Assembly (NCBI GenBank): GCA_016432405.1
Contig: CP066687.1
Coordinates: 411,040-475,039 of the forward strand
Origin: Candidatus Giovannonibacteria bacterium
Lineage (GTDB): Bacteria > Patescibacteriota > Minisyncoccia > UBA11713 > 2-01-FULL-45-33
Length of the DNA: 64,000 nucleotides
Reading direction: 5' to 3'
The notes below the pieces were generated by a model, which did not search any database, had not been told where the DNA came from, and worked only from the letters and a program-made list of their open reading frames with translations. Each line of letters opens with the position of its first letter. The first letter of the stretch is position 1. Below are positions 46,689-57,203 of this stretch, piece after piece. Both the position numbers and the translations under genes were made by a program.

Positions 46689-47954
46689 TTAATCGTTCCG
46701 CGAGTGGATTTCAAGCCCTTTTCTCCACAAGCCATATGCCCTCTGCCAGCCCAGAAGCCCGGCCCAATAGCGGAGCGCGATAAATTCTTTTAAAAACCAT
46801 GGCAAAAAGCCGGAAAAACGGACGCCGTAAAGCTCTAAAAGGGCGTATTTGCCCCCCAGTGGGATTATAAAGCCGGGATGATTTACGCGATAGTGAAGAA
46901 GCGTTTTCCTGGCAGCCGTCCTTTTTATATTTTCCGCAACGCATTTCGCTTCCCTTAAAGCGACCGAAGCCGTCATAGGCAGCGATTTGCCGGTTGCCTC
47001 GTCAACGCAGTAAGTAATATCCCCCACTCCGAAAACGTTTTCGTAAGGCGCGATTCTTAAATTTTTATCAACCGCGACGCAAGAGGCCTTTTCAAATTTC
47101 ACGCCCTCCAGCGCCTTGACGGATTCGCTGGCTTTGACTCCGGCCGTCCAAACGAGCAAATCGTATGGGACTTTAGGGCATGCCTCGCCGGCAGGCGGGC
47201 CGCCACCCAAAATAATTTCTTTTTGCCCGATTTCTTTTATGGCGCTTTTGAACATAAATTTCACGCCGAGTTTTTGGAGCCGCGCTTTGGCTTTTTTTTG
47301 AACCCACGGGCTCGCGCTGCCCAAGAGCGCCTCCGCCGCCTCAACAATCAAACATTCCGCGTAGTAGCGCGGCCTGCCGTGGATTTGGGAGAGCTTATCC
47401 ATGTATCCCATGAGCTCGCCGGCCAGCTCGCAACCGGTGAACCCCCCTCCGCCTATCACGATTTTTATGAGATGGTTCTTCGGCGCCCTGAAAAAAAGCT
47501 CGTCAATTGCGTTTCGGAGCGCGAGCGCGTCAAAAAAATTTTTAAGCGGCAGGGCTTTTTCCGTCATTCCGGGGATGCCGAAATAATTCGTCTCGCTGCC
47601 CATCGCGAGCACTAAAAAATCATACCGCAATTTTCCGGTTCTTTTTAAATTTACAAAATGTTTTTTAAAATCCGCGCCCAAAAACTCGTCTTCCAGCACG
47701 GAAACGTTCAGGTCATCCAAAAAAATATCCTCCAGAGGATAAATGACGGAAGATTTCAGGTCAACAAAATCAATCGGCAGATGGCCGAAAACCTCCGGCA
47801 GATGCGCAGTAGCCACCTCGTAAAGATTGGGATAAAAAGTATGGTAGCGGCTTTTGTCCACCAAAGTAACGCGCAGGTTTTTCTCATCTGCCAAAATTTT
47901 CGCGATTTTGACCCCCCCAAACCCCCCGCCGATTATCACGACATCGTGGATCAT
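46689..47954 (-). CDS. Type II NADH dehydrogenase / FAD-dependent oxidoreductase
   Basis: GGGFGG, YDFLVLAMGS, GGGFTGCELAGEL, WTAGV, GD. Confidence 0.88.
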   Translation of the reverse strand: MIHDVVIIGGGFGGVKIAKILADEKNLRVTLVDKSRYHTFYPNLYEVATAHLPEVFGHLPIDFVDLKSSVIYPLEDIFLDDLNVSVLEDEFLGADFKKHFVNLKRTGKLRYDFLVLAMGSETNYFGIPGMTEKALPLKNFFDALALRNAIDELFFRAPKNHLIKIVIGGGGFTGCELAGELMGYMDKLSQIHGRPRYYAECLIVEAAEALLGSASPWVQKKAKARLQKLGVKFMFKSAIKEIGQKEIILGGGPPAGEACPKVPYDLLVWTAGVKASESVKALEGVKFEKASCVAVDKNLRIAPYENVFGVGDITYCVDEATGKSLPMTASVALREAKCVAENIKRTAARKTLLHYRVNHPGFIIPLGGKYALLELYGVRFSGFLPWFLKEFIALRYWAGLLGWQRAYGLWRKGLEIHSRND

Positions 47955-48484
47955 AGAAATTGATTAATATCTTCTTTTGTCAAAAGTCTTCTTATATCCG
48001 AATGTGTAATCAAGCCATAAGATGGTTTATGGCTAAACCCGATATATTCAACTTTCTTTTTCATTGAGCGTACTTTAGCTAATGCCGGAATCAAATCGGT
48101 ATCGGAGCTAACCAAAATTGCGGTATCATAAAGATTTTCGTAAGCTCCAATCAACAAATCAACAGCGATTTGAACATCAACTCCTTTTTCGTGATAACCG
48201 TCGGTTTTAAGCATATGACCGAATTTAACTATCCAGCCGTCTCTTTGAAGTATGCCTGTCAATTTTTGCTGCCCAGTCATTAACTCCTTGCTTTTTGGAT
48301 TATTGTGTTCTTCGCGGATAGCGCCGATGTAATAATTTTTTGACATCAAAAACCTGCGACCGACAAGAAACCGAGTAATTTTTTCATAATCAAAAGATAA
48401 TAGATTAGTCAACTTTAACTCTTTCAGTCGGTGATAAAAATTATTGCCGTCAATAATTATAAAAATTCTCTCTTTTTCATCCAC
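47951..48484 (-). CDS. NYN/LabA-DUF88 domain protein
   Basis: IDGNNFY, EKGVDVQIAVD, LVSSDTDLIP. Confidence 0.9.
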   Translation of the reverse strand: MDEKERIFIIIDGNNFYHRLKELKLTNLLSFDYEKITRFLVGRRFLMSKNYYIGAIREEHNNPKSKELMTGQQKLTGILQRDGWIVKFGHMLKTDGYHEKGVDVQIAVDLLIGAYENLYDTAILVSSDTDLIPALAKVRSMKKKVEYIGFSHKPSYGLITHSDIRRLLTKEDINQFL

Positions 48485-48637
48485 AAAATCATTTTAACAT
48501 AAACAAAACCCCGCACCTACAAGTAAGCGCGGGGGTGGTTAATAGTTCTAGAGTAACAAGCCCTCCAAAAAAGTCAATAGGGCATTATCCACACCCTTCA
48601 TTTTTCCCGCCCGCCGAAAATCTGCTGTTTTGCTCTC

Positions 48638-48715
48638 AACAACATTCCAACATTCTGCAGAATGTTGGAATGTTGTTTGTTAATAATTCGCACTTAGCAA
48701 TCGGATTGCTAAGTG
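48638..48715. repeat. Two adjacent perfect palindromes: a 40-nt palindrome and a solo RAYT2-type palindrome
   Basis: aacaacattccaacattctg|cagaatgttggaatgttgtt (48638-48677); cacttagcaatc-g-gattgctaagtg (48691-48715). Confidence 0.9.
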
Positions 48716-48763
48716 ACTGGCGTCTTATTTCTAACGCGGCCCGCCGGAAATCTGCAGATTTTC

Positions 48764-50545
48764 TCAATCAATAACCTGCCAATTATAACTATCCTTTTTA
48801 GTTCGGTATAATTTGCATTTATCCAACTCTAAAGCATCGAGACCTAATTGAGCGCATTGGAGTTCTGGATTGAAATCAGATGAAAAAATAGTGCTTCGTT
48901 TAATTGTAATTGTGCTACCAAAAGTTGGCAGAAAGTTAGATAATACTTTATCGCTTATTGCTTGGTTTATGTTATCTGTGTATTCATTTACCTCTACCCA
49001 TACATAATTTTTTGGAAAGGAACGGTATAAATTACAGGCAAATAAATCTTTGTCAGTAAAACCCAACATAGAACAGCTTAATGATGGATTGAGGTCCACT
49101 CTAACCTTAACATCTGTACGAATCTGCACTTCACTTCCTACCGGCGGGGCAGGCTGACCTTGATAATCAATTTTATTTTCTCCTTGTTTGAGCTTTGGGA
49201 TTATACTTTTGATAAAGTTTATTGGTACAGCGAAGTTAAGCCCTACATCTATTTTAATGCCCTGAATTTTGGGCCCTATACCTGCTACGTGTAATCCAAT
49301 AAGTTTTCCGTGTTCACTAACCCACCCACCTCCACTACTGCCTGGTTGTGTTTTTGCGTCTGTTTGTAAGAAGGTAAAATTATTGCCGGGCTGCTTGCCA
49401 CCAATTATCCCAGTCGAAAGCACTGCGCTTGGAAGGTCTAGGGGGTGTCCAAATACTAAAACTTTATCACCAATCATTATGTGGTCTGAATCACCAAACA
49501 CCACAATGGGCAAATTATTTTTACTTATTCGAACCAGCGCCATATCATTAAACTCATCTCTTCCTATAATTTTTCCTATGTGTGTTTCGCCGTTGCTTAA
49601 ATAAACTTGCACACTGTCAAAACCTTTCACAACATGCGCAGCTGTTAATATCAAACCATCAGATTCAATTGTTACTCCGCTTCCTACGCTCTCTGAATCC
49701 GTAGTAAATGTTTTAATCCGTGTTATTGCAGGTATAATCCTATTAGCTATTTCTGTAACAGTGAGTACACCATTTTCTGTTTTGATTTTATCTTCAGATT
49801 TTGGAATACTAATAATATTTCCATACCGATCAACAACCACACCAGTAGAAAGAATGAAGTTTCCTGACTCCTGTGAATTTTGCTGAGTTGTTTTTGCCCC
49901 CGCAGTTGATTGGCTTTGTATTTTATTCTCCAACTCTTCCCGCTTTTTTCGTTCTTGCAACAACAAATTACGAAGTTCATCTAACTCTTTTTTTGTTAAG
50001 TTCACTTCATTCGATCCCATTTCTGACCCGCCGCCTTCAGATTTATTTAACTCGGCGATTTTGTTGAGTGCTTCTTCTTGGCCTTTTTTGCTGGCTTCAA
50101 GAGCTTTCGTTATCGCCTCTTTGGCTTCGTCGGGGACTTTAGACAAAACATCAGCCAAAATTTCTTGGTGCTTTGAGGTATTATTCGCGATTAAATTAAG
50201 CAAACTTTCGGCTTTGGTTTCGTCTTTAACTTTTTTTGACGCCTCCGCCGCGAGAGCGATGTTTGCTTCATAGCCCGAAATCGCCGTTTTAACCGCGTCT
50301 GAATTTTTATCTCCGGCAACCGCCTCGGCTTCGGTGAGCCGCTTTTCGGCGTATTTAAGCGCCTTCTCCGCTTTTTTCTCGGGATTGAAAGTGAAAAAGA
50401 GATTTATCTTTTCAAAAGTCGTAACAAAACCGTATAAAAAACTGCCGGGCTTAATTCCGGTGCTTTGGGCGGCCGAAACAGAAAGAGGAGCTACGAAAAC
50501 AGCCGTTAGAAGCAAAAAGGAAACAACAAAAGAGAGCTTTTTCAT
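48764..50545 (-). CDS. Secreted DUF5667-like + trypsin-like protease fusion
   Basis: Signal peptide, PGSFLYG..EKI..FTFNPEKKA; GSG, LTAAHVV, DMAL, PGSSGG. Confidence 0.8.
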   Translation of the reverse strand: MKKLSFVVSFLLLTAVFVAPLSVSAAQSTGIKPGSFLYGFVTTFEKINLFFTFNPEKKAEKALKYAEKRLTEAEAVAGDKNSDAVKTAISGYEANIALAAEASKKVKDETKAESLLNLIANNTSKHQEILADVLSKVPDEAKEAITKALEASKKGQEEALNKIAELNKSEGGGSEMGSNEVNLTKKELDELRNLLLQERKKREELENKIQSQSTAGAKTTQQNSQESGNFILSTGVVVDRYGNIISIPKSEDKIKTENGVLTVTEIANRIIPAITRIKTFTTDSESVGSGVTIESDGLILTAAHVVKGFDSVQVYLSNGETHIGKIIGRDEFNDMALVRISKNNLPIVVFGDSDHIMIGDKVLVFGHPLDLPSAVLSTGIIGGKQPGNNFTFLQTDAKTQPGSSGGGWVSEHGKLIGLHVAGIGPKIQGIKIDVGLNFAVPINFIKSIIPKLKQGENKIDYQGQPAPPVGSEVQIRTDVKVRVDLNPSLSCSMLGFTDKDLFACNLYRSFPKNYVWVEVNEYTDNINQAISDKVLSNFLPTFGSTITIKRSTIFSSDFNPELQCAQLGLDALELDKCKLYRTKKDSYNWQVID

Positions 50546-50605
50546 TGGCTTAATTATACGCGATTTATTGCTTTTTCGCAATACGCGGTGTAAAATTAAA
50601 AAATT

Positions 50606-50677
50606 GCCGGAGTAGCTCAATGGCAGAGCAACGGTTTTGTAAACCGTAGGTTGGAGGTTCAAATCCTCTCTCCGGCT
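50606..50677 (+). tRNA. tRNA-Thr(TGT)
   Basis: GCCGGAG/CTCCGGC stem, TTTGTAA loop, GGTTCAAATCC. Confidence 0.95.
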
Positions 50678-51021
50678 TAGCGATTTATATCGGCGTTGTC
50701 TCCGTGGCCGTCACCGCTCGCGCCGTTCCCGTTTTCGGGGTTTCCGTTCCCATTCCTTTCTTTTATCCCGCGTATTTTGCTGGCCGTGCGGAAAAGCATG
50801 CTTTCGGTCTTCAAAACCCAAATTCTCGCTTCCCTAAGGCGCTTTTCCAAAAACGTGAATGACCTTTCGCGCAAGTGCAAATGCCACGCCTCCGCGGCGT
50901 CGTCCACAAGCCCCTCCATAAACTCCGCGAAATTAAACGCGGCGAATTCCTCGCGGTTGCGGCGGATAATCGCGATTATCCCGCCGGCGCTCAAAAGAAA
51001 AATTATGGAGTAAAAGATCAT
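50677..51021 (-). CDS. Hypothetical membrane-anchored protein
   Basis: N-terminal TM; follows tsf. Confidence 0.6.
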   Translation of the reverse strand: MIFYSIIFLLSAGGIIAIIRRNREEFAAFNFAEFMEGLVDDAAEAWHLHLRERSFTFLEKRLREARIWVLKTESMLFRTASKIRGIKERNGNGNPENGNGASGDGHGDNADINR

Positions 51022-51028
51022 GTCAATT

Positions 51029-51481
51029 TTACACCTCGTACCTTGTAAACCGCGCTACTTCTATTTTTTCCCCGAAACGCCCGATGGCGCGCTTGATTAA
51101 TTCTTCAATGCTTGTGCTCGGGTCTTTGACATAGGGCTGGGCCATAAGCGCAATAACATCCTCCGGAGCCATTCCAGCGATGTGCAGGGCCAAATCATGC
51201 GCCAGGGCCTGAAACTCCGCGTTTTTGGCCACAAAATCTGTTTCGCACCGAAGTTCAAGCAAAACCCCCACGCGCCTGTTTACGTGGATATAAGAATCAA
51301 TAACGCCGGCGCCGGTTTTGCGCTCCGCTTTTTTAAGGGCTACCGCTTCGGAAGATTTTTGGAGCAGCGCTATTGCTTTGTCCGTGTCTCCTTCCGCTTC
51401 TTCCAGCGCCTTTTTACAAAGCGCCACGGACGCCCCAGTGAGCTCCCTTAGACGTTTAACTGAATCCGCGGATACGGTCAT
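51029..51481 (-). CDS. tsf: Elongation factor Ts (short form)
   Basis: VKRLRELTGA..CKKAL, ELRCETDFVA, LALHIA. Confidence 0.93.
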   Translation of the reverse strand: MTVSADSVKRLRELTGASVALCKKALEEAEGDTDKAIALLQKSSEAVALKKAERKTGAGVIDSYIHVNRRVGVLLELRCETDFVAKNAEFQALAHDLALHIAGMAPEDVIALMAQPYVKDPSTSIEELIKRAIGRFGEKIEVARFTRYEV

Positions 51482-52200
51482 AATTGTGTTGTTTGTGCTG
51501 TTTGTTCTTTCTCCCTGAGGCCCGCCTCGTAAGCCAAGGCAAGGCGGTCCAAAACCAAAGCGATTGCGGCCGAAGAGTTGTCGTTTAATGGTATGGGGTA
51601 ATTTACGTCCCGGGGGTCGCAATCAACGTTGAGCAAGGCCACAACCGGAATATTTTTTCTTTCGGCTTCCGCCAGAGCAGTTTTTTCCTCGCCCGGGTCA
51701 ACAATCACCAGCGCCCCAAGGAGGGATTTAAGGGGCCTTAACCCTCCAAACATTCTAGCAAGTTTTTTGATTTCTATCGTCTTCATCATTTTTTCTTTCT
51801 TGGAGTATTTTTCAAATTCTCCGGCTTTCTCTTCCGCTTCAAGCTTCACCAGATGCCCCAGCCGGCCCTCAAAGATTTTGAAATTAGTCAATGTCCCGCC
51901 AAGCCATCTCTCAAAAACGTAAGGCGATTTTGTTTTTTTGCCGGCGGCCTCAACATGCGCCCTGGCCGGGGCCTTTGTGCCAACCCACAAAACCGTCCCA
52001 CCGGCTTTGCCCAGCGCCCTTAAAAATTCTTCCGCCTCCTTGAGCTTGGCTTCGGTTTTAACCAAATCAAAAACCTCCACATTGTTTCTGGTCCCGAAAA
52101 CAAATTCGGACATTTTGGGATGGCGGCGCGATTTCGTATATCCGATGTGCGCACCGGCGACAAAAAGCTGCTCAATTCCGGCATTTTCCGTAATTTCCAT
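51478..52200 (-). CDS. rpsB: 30S ribosomal protein S2
   Basis: [26 protein letters not shown]. Confidence 0.95.
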   Translation of the reverse strand: MEITENAGIEQLFVAGAHIGYTKSRRHPKMSEFVFGTRNNVEVFDLVKTEAKLKEAEEFLRALGKAGGTVLWVGTKAPARAHVEAAGKKTKSPYVFERWLGGTLTNFKIFEGRLGHLVKLEAEEKAGEFEKYSKKEKMMKTIEIKKLARMFGGLRPLKSLLGALVIVDPGEEKTALAEAERKNIPVVALLNVDCDPRDVNYPIPLNDNSSAAIALVLDRLALAYEAGLREKEQTAQTTQL

Positions 52201-52263
52201 AATACGGTTAAGTATACGCGAAAAACGTTGCAAAAGCAAGCGCGGCGTGTTAAAATGACATTT

Positions 52264-52473
52264 ATGAAAACCGATATACATCCGAAATACCACAAAGCAA
52301 AAATAGAGTGCGCCTGCGGCGCGGTTTTTTCAGTCGGCTCCGCGAAAGAAAAAATGTCCGTTGAAATCTGTTCAAATTGCCATCCCTTCTACACCGGGAA
52401 GGAAAAATTGGTTGACGCAGCCGGCAGAGTGGAAAAATTCAGGGCGAGAGCCGCTAAAAAATCTAAAAAATAA
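52264..52473 (+). CDS. rpmE: 50S ribosomal protein L31
   Basis: [31 protein letters not shown]. Confidence 0.95.
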   Translation: MKTDIHPKYHKAKIECACGAVFSVGSAKEKMSVEICSNCHPFYTGKEKLVDAAGRVEKFRARAAKKSKK

Positions 52474-52476
52474 CTC

Positions 52477-53445
52477 ATGGACTTCGAACTGCAAAAAAAA
52501 CTCGATGAAGCCCTTCGAGAATACGATGCCTTGGAGATGGATGTCGCCGAAAGCTTTAAGTGGACCAAAGATAAAGTGGTGAAGTTCGGAGAGCTCTCAA
52601 AACTGAAAGTCATGGTTGACGAATACGAAAAAGCGGACGAGGCCGGAAAAAAAGATATTGAAGAAAAACTGAAAGGCATGCTGGGTCTGGCAACCGGCGA
52701 AGACGGTAAAGAGAGAAACAAAGCGATTTTGGAAATTCGTGCCGGCGTCGGCGGAGACGAAGCCGCACTTTTTGCGTCCGACCTTTTAAACATGTATAAA
52801 AATTATGCCCAAAAACAGGGCTGGTGCTTTTCCGTTTTGGACGAGTCAAAAAATGATTTGGGCGGGCACAAAGAAGCGGTCGCCGAGATAAAAGGCAAAG
52901 ACGTTTACAGCGCACTGCGCCACGAATCCGGCGTGCATAGAATCCAGCGCGTGCCGGCTACGGAGAAATCCGGCAGAATCCATACCTCAACCGCTTCCGT
53001 GGCCGTTTTACCTGCGGCGGAAGAAAAAGAAATAGAAATAAAAGAGTCAGAATTGGAAGTGAGTTTTTCAAGGGCCGGAGGGCCGGGCGGGCAGAATGTG
53101 AATAAGGTGGAAACGGCGGTGCGCCTGCTTCACAAGCCGACCGGAATTATAATATCCTCGCGGACGGAACGGTCCCAGCAGGCAAACCGCGAGCGCGCTA
53201 TGGAGATTCTTCGCGCCAAACTTTTGGATGAAAAATTGAGAAAAGAAGAAGAGATGCTCCGTAAGGAAAGAAAAGAGCAAATCGGCACTGCCGACAGAAG
53301 CGAAAAAATCCGCACCTACAATTTTCTGCAGGACCGCGTCACCGACCACCGCCTTAAAAAATCCTGGCACAATATAGAGCGTATTCTGGACGGCGATTTA
53401 GACCCGATCGTTAAGGCGTTGGGGAAGTTTCAACAGGAACCATAG
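52477..53445 (+). CDS. prfA: Peptide chain release factor 1
   Basis: [21 protein letters not shown] (PxT), GGQ, IRTYNF. Confidence 0.95.
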   Translation: MDFELQKKLDEALREYDALEMDVAESFKWTKDKVVKFGELSKLKVMVDEYEKADEAGKKDIEEKLKGMLGLATGEDGKERNKAILEIRAGVGGDEAALFASDLLNMYKNYAQKQGWCFSVLDESKNDLGGHKEAVAEIKGKDVYSALRHESGVHRIQRVPATEKSGRIHTSTASVAVLPAAEEKEIEIKESELEVSFSRAGGPGGQNVNKVETAVRLLHKPTGIIISSRTERSQQANRERAMEILRAKLLDEKLRKEEEMLRKERKEQIGTADRSEKIRTYNFLQDRVTDHRLKKSWHNIERILDGDLDPIVKALGKFQQEP

Positions 53446-54841
53446 GTTCAGCAGGCAAAGCGTCAATGATACTAAACGGCGCATCGCTGTCATCCACAGT
53501 GCAGGAATAATCAGCGCACTCAACAAATATAACGTAATTACCAGAGGGGGGTAAAGATTGGCCATTTTTATCGATTAATTCAGCAAGCGGCGCGACTTTC
53601 CAGTCAACAAAACCGCTATTCGGGATGTTTTGAAAAATAATTTGTCCGAATCTGGTCGGCTCATCCAAAAGCCAAATGTTCAAATTGGCAGAAGCGGGAA
53701 CATCAGAAGAAACCCATTTAATGGTATAAGATTCGCCCGATACTAGATTCTCACCGCCATTCGGTGAGAGAATTGTTAAATAAGGATATCCCTTGGGGGG
53801 TTCAAGAGGTTCAACAGGAACGGAAGGAGGAACGGTTTTCACAATGTCTATTCTTGCATGGTCATCGACTCGCCAAGGTTTACTCTCAAGATCAACGGCT
53901 CTATAACCAAATACATCAATTACATAGTTGCCTTCTGTTAAATCTTGTGGACAATTCTCCCGAACACAAGCGAGCGTGGAGCCAACTACCCATTCAAAAG
54001 AATTTGTGCCTTTGGGAAGTTCTGGCGAAATTGACCAGACGCTGACGGTTTGTGCGTCGCCTACATAGCCAGAAATTTCTATCCCATAGGTTACAAGGTC
54101 GCCGCTGTCCTCCCATTGAAAAGTTTGTTTCTCGCCCAATGTCCAAGTTTCCCCGCCGACGGGATAAGAAAGGGTAATAAAAGAGGAAGGTAGGATATAA
54201 AAAATGCTGTCGCTGTCATCGAAGACATCATTTTGAGGAGCATCTTTATCTACAACCCGGATTGAATAATCCTTGCCGGCCGGAAGCGTATCTGGAATTT
54301 TCCACTCAAAAAAACCTTCGTTTTTAATTACATCAGAAATCATCCCTTCCGGTCCAGCATAAGTATCGTCACCCTTGCGAAGTTTTATATAAACCTGCGG
54401 AACTTGCTCGGATTCCCATTTGATAGTATAAGTTTCGCCGCCCTTCAACTTCTCACCGCCATTCGGAGTCAAAACTTTTATAAAAGCTTTCGGACGGGGA
54501 GTTTCCTCGCTCTTGGCATTTCCTCCACCTCCTCCACCTCCCCCGCCACCACCTCCGCCGAAACCAGCATAAGGAAGAGCAACCATAAAGCTGCCGCTTG
54601 CTGGCTCGTCCTTTCCGGTTTTGTTGCGCAAAACATCTTTGAGCGGTTTCGGCTCCGGCGGCCTGAAAGCCGCGGATTCAATGGACTGCGGAGCCGTTAC
54701 CTTCAGTCCGGAGGGCAGGGTAAATTCTTTCATCACTAAGTCGAAAAACGCGGCTTCGGCAGGCACAACAAAAACCGCGAGCATAATGATTAAAATCGCT
54801 GGGAAATACGGGAAATAAAGGCTTTTTTGACTAAAACTCAT
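53411..54841 (-). CDS. Secreted protein with three Ser/Thr-rich GPI-anchored/Kre9-like (PNGGE) domains
   Basis: Signal peptide, poly-Gly linker, VLTPNGGE / LSYPVGGE / ILSPNGGE repeats; TTGACA-17-TATCAT promoter. Confidence 0.8.
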   Translation of the reverse strand: MSFSQKSLYFPYFPAILIIMLAVFVVPAEAAFFDLVMKEFTLPSGLKVTAPQSIESAAFRPPEPKPLKDVLRNKTGKDEPASGSFMVALPYAGFGGGGGGGGGGGGGNAKSEETPRPKAFIKVLTPNGGEKLKGGETYTIKWESEQVPQVYIKLRKGDDTYAGPEGMISDVIKNEGFFEWKIPDTLPAGKDYSIRVVDKDAPQNDVFDDSDSIFYILPSSFITLSYPVGGETWTLGEKQTFQWEDSGDLVTYGIEISGYVGDAQTVSVWSISPELPKGTNSFEWVVGSTLACVRENCPQDLTEGNYVIDVFGYRAVDLESKPWRVDDHARIDIVKTVPPSVPVEPLEPPKGYPYLTILSPNGGENLVSGESYTIKWVSSDVPASANLNIWLLDEPTRFGQIIFQNIPNSGFVDWKVAPLAELIDKNGQSLPPSGNYVIFVECADYSCTVDDSDAPFSIIDALPAEPMVPVETSPTP

Positions 54842-54947
54842 ATTGGCCATATGATAGCAAACTCACCCCAAAATGTCAACAACAAAAAAGAGGGCCTCCT
54901 AGATATGCCGGGGGAAGCCCTCATAAATTATGAAACTGGCGCAAAAA

Positions 54948-55322
54948 TCATTTTTCTACTATTACACTAACTTTTATGAAGGTCCCTCCTTTCCCATCTG
55001 TCATGAACTTCACCAGATAAGGGACCATCTTCCCACAGCGCCACAATTGCCAGCGCTCGGTCCACCCGCCTGTACGCAAGCCACCACCTGGGAAACGTTT
55101 GCCCTTGGGCGGTTCAATGACATCAGCCCAAAGGATTACTCTTTCTTGGCGGCAGCTTGAGTAAGCCGCCATATCTGCCAAGATTAAAATCCGTGTTGCG
55201 TCTCTCTGTAATAAAGTATCTGCCACGGAACCAGGCAATGTCCTCGGTGCCTCGCTTTGTGCTATAGAATCATCCCCCACCATTAGCGCCAGCAAGCAAA
55301 AAACCCAAACAGCCACTTTCAT
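54948..55322 (-). CDS. Secreted hypothetical protein
   Basis: AAGGAG SD, signal peptide, WTERWQLWRCG..YLVKF..DGKGGT. Confidence 0.7.
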   Translation of the reverse strand: MKVAVWVFCLLALMVGDDSIAQSEAPRTLPGSVADTLLQRDATRILILADMAAYSSCRQERVILWADVIEPPKGKRFPGGGLRTGGWTERWQLWRCGKMVPYLVKFMTDGKGGTFIKVSVIVEK

Positions 55323-55435
55323 GGGATTCTCCTTTCTTAAGATCAAATCCCGTTCATTATTTAGGATATTTAGAAATTTTGCAAGGGGCGCTAACGCTGG
55401 GCGAATTGCTGGAGAAGATCAATCTGCTCCTGATA

Positions 55436-55546
55436 TTTCTGCAGGACCGCGTCACCGACCACCGCATCAAAAAATCCTGGTACAATATCCAAAATATTAT
55501 GGCAGGAAACCTTGACATAATTGTTGACGAAATAATCAGTCGTTGA
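55436..55546 (+). pseudogene. Diverged duplicate of the prfA 3' end
   Basis: 30 nt identical to 53323-53352; encodes [36 protein letters not shown]. Confidence 0.9.
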
Positions 55547-55788
55547 TAGAACGCAAGTTTGTCTTTTCCGAAGATGGGCTTTTAGCCCTAGAAAAGCTAG
55601 GTGACGAACTTGGTCTAAAAGATAAAGGCGAGGTAATCAACCACGCGCTTGGGGTGTTAAAAAGCACCGTTGCGCAGATAAAAAGTGGGGGGTTGATAAT
55701 CTACACCAACCCCGATACCTGCGTCGCCAAAACGATAATTTTTGACGAGCTTGAGGCTTTACTACGCAAAGTGCCCACCACTGCTTAA
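55543..55788 (+). CDS. Small hypothetical protein (possible ribbon-helix-helix)
   Basis: 81-aa ORF followed by a hairpin and T tract. Confidence 0.45.
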   Translation: MIERKFVFSEDGLLALEKLGDELGLKDKGEVINHALGVLKSTVAQIKSGGLIIYTNPDTCVAKTIIFDELEALLRKVPTTA

Positions 55789-55865
55789 ACCGCGGTGGTT
55801 TTTATTTTTAGTTCTATAACAAAATCGACCGATCGGTCAGAAATGTTATATCGAATTAATTTTAT

Positions 55866-57203
55866 CTATCTTTGCGCTAGCTCTTGGAGCAAATCAATCT
55901 GCTCCTGGTATTTTTTGGCAATGGCCATGACGTCGTCGCCATAGAAGCGGTAGGCCTTTTTATTCCAATTGCTCCCGGCCAGGTATTTCATAGCGGCTGT
56001 CCACTCAGCGTTGTAATTTCCCGCTTTGGCGCCGTTGTCTTTTAGAAGCAAAGCCGCGGCCATAAACGCGTCTTTTGGTTCCCATGGCGAGGGCGGATTA
56101 TTTCCGGTGCGCCTGGCAACGGCGTTTTTATAAAGCTGCCAAGTCGTTGGGATAAACTGCGCCGGACCCATCGCTCCTCCGCAATATCCGTACCACGCTT
56201 TTTTTGAAACCGGCATAAGGTCGGGGTCCAAGCCAAGTTCCGAAGTTATCTGTAAAAACGCCTCTCTTTGCTTGGCGCACCTCGCGTGCGATAAATCTAT
56301 TCTCCAGTTTCCCTTGCCGACGTTTTGCCCAAGATTTGATTCTTCTGTAATCAGCCCCAGAAGAAACGCCGGCCGCACGCCCGTAGCTTTCTCGGCCAAA
56401 TCGGCGTATTCCAAGGCCTTTTCAAACGGGATGGACGGCGACCCGACCAAAAGGAAAAGCTGGCTCCGGATGCTTGCCGCGTTTTTTTGCTTGTCTTTGA
56501 GGACTTTTTGGTATTCGGATTCTTTCCCCTTGGTGTCTTTGAGCAATTTTTGTTTTTCTTTTTCGTTTTTCTCCAAGGCCTTTTTCTGCAATTCCTGCAA
56601 AGCCCGCAGTTCCAACTCTTCCCGCTTCTGTTCTTCCAGCTCGTCTCTGACTTTTTCCTCTTCTATTTTTAAACTGCTGAATTTCGCGAAGGCCTGCTGC
56701 AAAGACGCCTGCAGATTGTTAATTGACTGCAATTCCCCGAAGAATTCCGATACGTTGTCGTAAATCAAGGCGAGCTCCAAGGCGGAAAAATTATCGTTTT
56801 GCCTGACCTTGCGCAAAAATTCCGTAAGCGACTGCCGGGACGCGTTTATCTCGGCGACCAGCTCTTCAATATTTTTTGATTTTTGGTTTATATCTCCGAT
56901 TAATTTTTGGATGTTTAAAGTTCTGGCTTTGATTTCCAGTTTGGCTTTGGATATTTCGGCGTTCAAAATGTCTATCTCCCGCTTCAGCGAATCCGCTTCC
57001 GCCTGTTTGGCCTGAATCAATCCTTGATATTGGTCTATCTGCGTTTCGTACTCGCGGAGCTGCGTTTCCAGCTCCGCGCGGCGCGAATTAACCAGCGCTG
57101 GGTCAATCCCGTTAGAGGCGATGCCTCTAACGGGATCAACCTGGGCGTTGGCCAAAGACGCGGCAAGCAAAAAAACGCTTATTAAATTTATCAGATTACT
57201 CAT
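55866..57203 (-). CDS. Coiled-coil lytic murein transglycosylase
   Basis: Long coiled coil; EESNLG, GAMGPAQFIPTTW. Confidence 0.88.
   Translation of the reverse strand: MSNLINLISVFLLAASLANAQVDPVRGIASNGIDPALVNSRRAELETQLREYETQIDQYQGLIQAKQAEADSLKREIDILNAEISKAKLEIKARTLNIQKLIGDINQKSKNIEELVAEINASRQSLTEFLRKVRQNDNFSALELALIYDNVSEFFGELQSINNLQASLQQAFAKFSSLKIEEEKVRDELEEQKREELELRALQELQKKALEKNEKEKQKLLKDTKGKESEYQKVLKDKQKNAASIRSQLFLLVGSPSIPFEKALEYADLAEKATGVRPAFLLGLITEESNLGQNVGKGNWRIDLSHARCAKQREAFLQITSELGLDPDLMPVSKKAWYGYCGGAMGPAQFIPTTWQLYKNAVARRTGNNPPSPWEPKDAFMAAALLLKDNGAKAGNYNAEWTAAMKYLAGSNWNKKAYRFYGDDVMAIAKKYQEQIDLLQELAQR

Noticed and set aside
50546-50662. N-terminal extension of the 48764-50662 ORF
   Set aside because: It overlaps tRNA-Thr on the other strand; the signal peptide starts at 50545.
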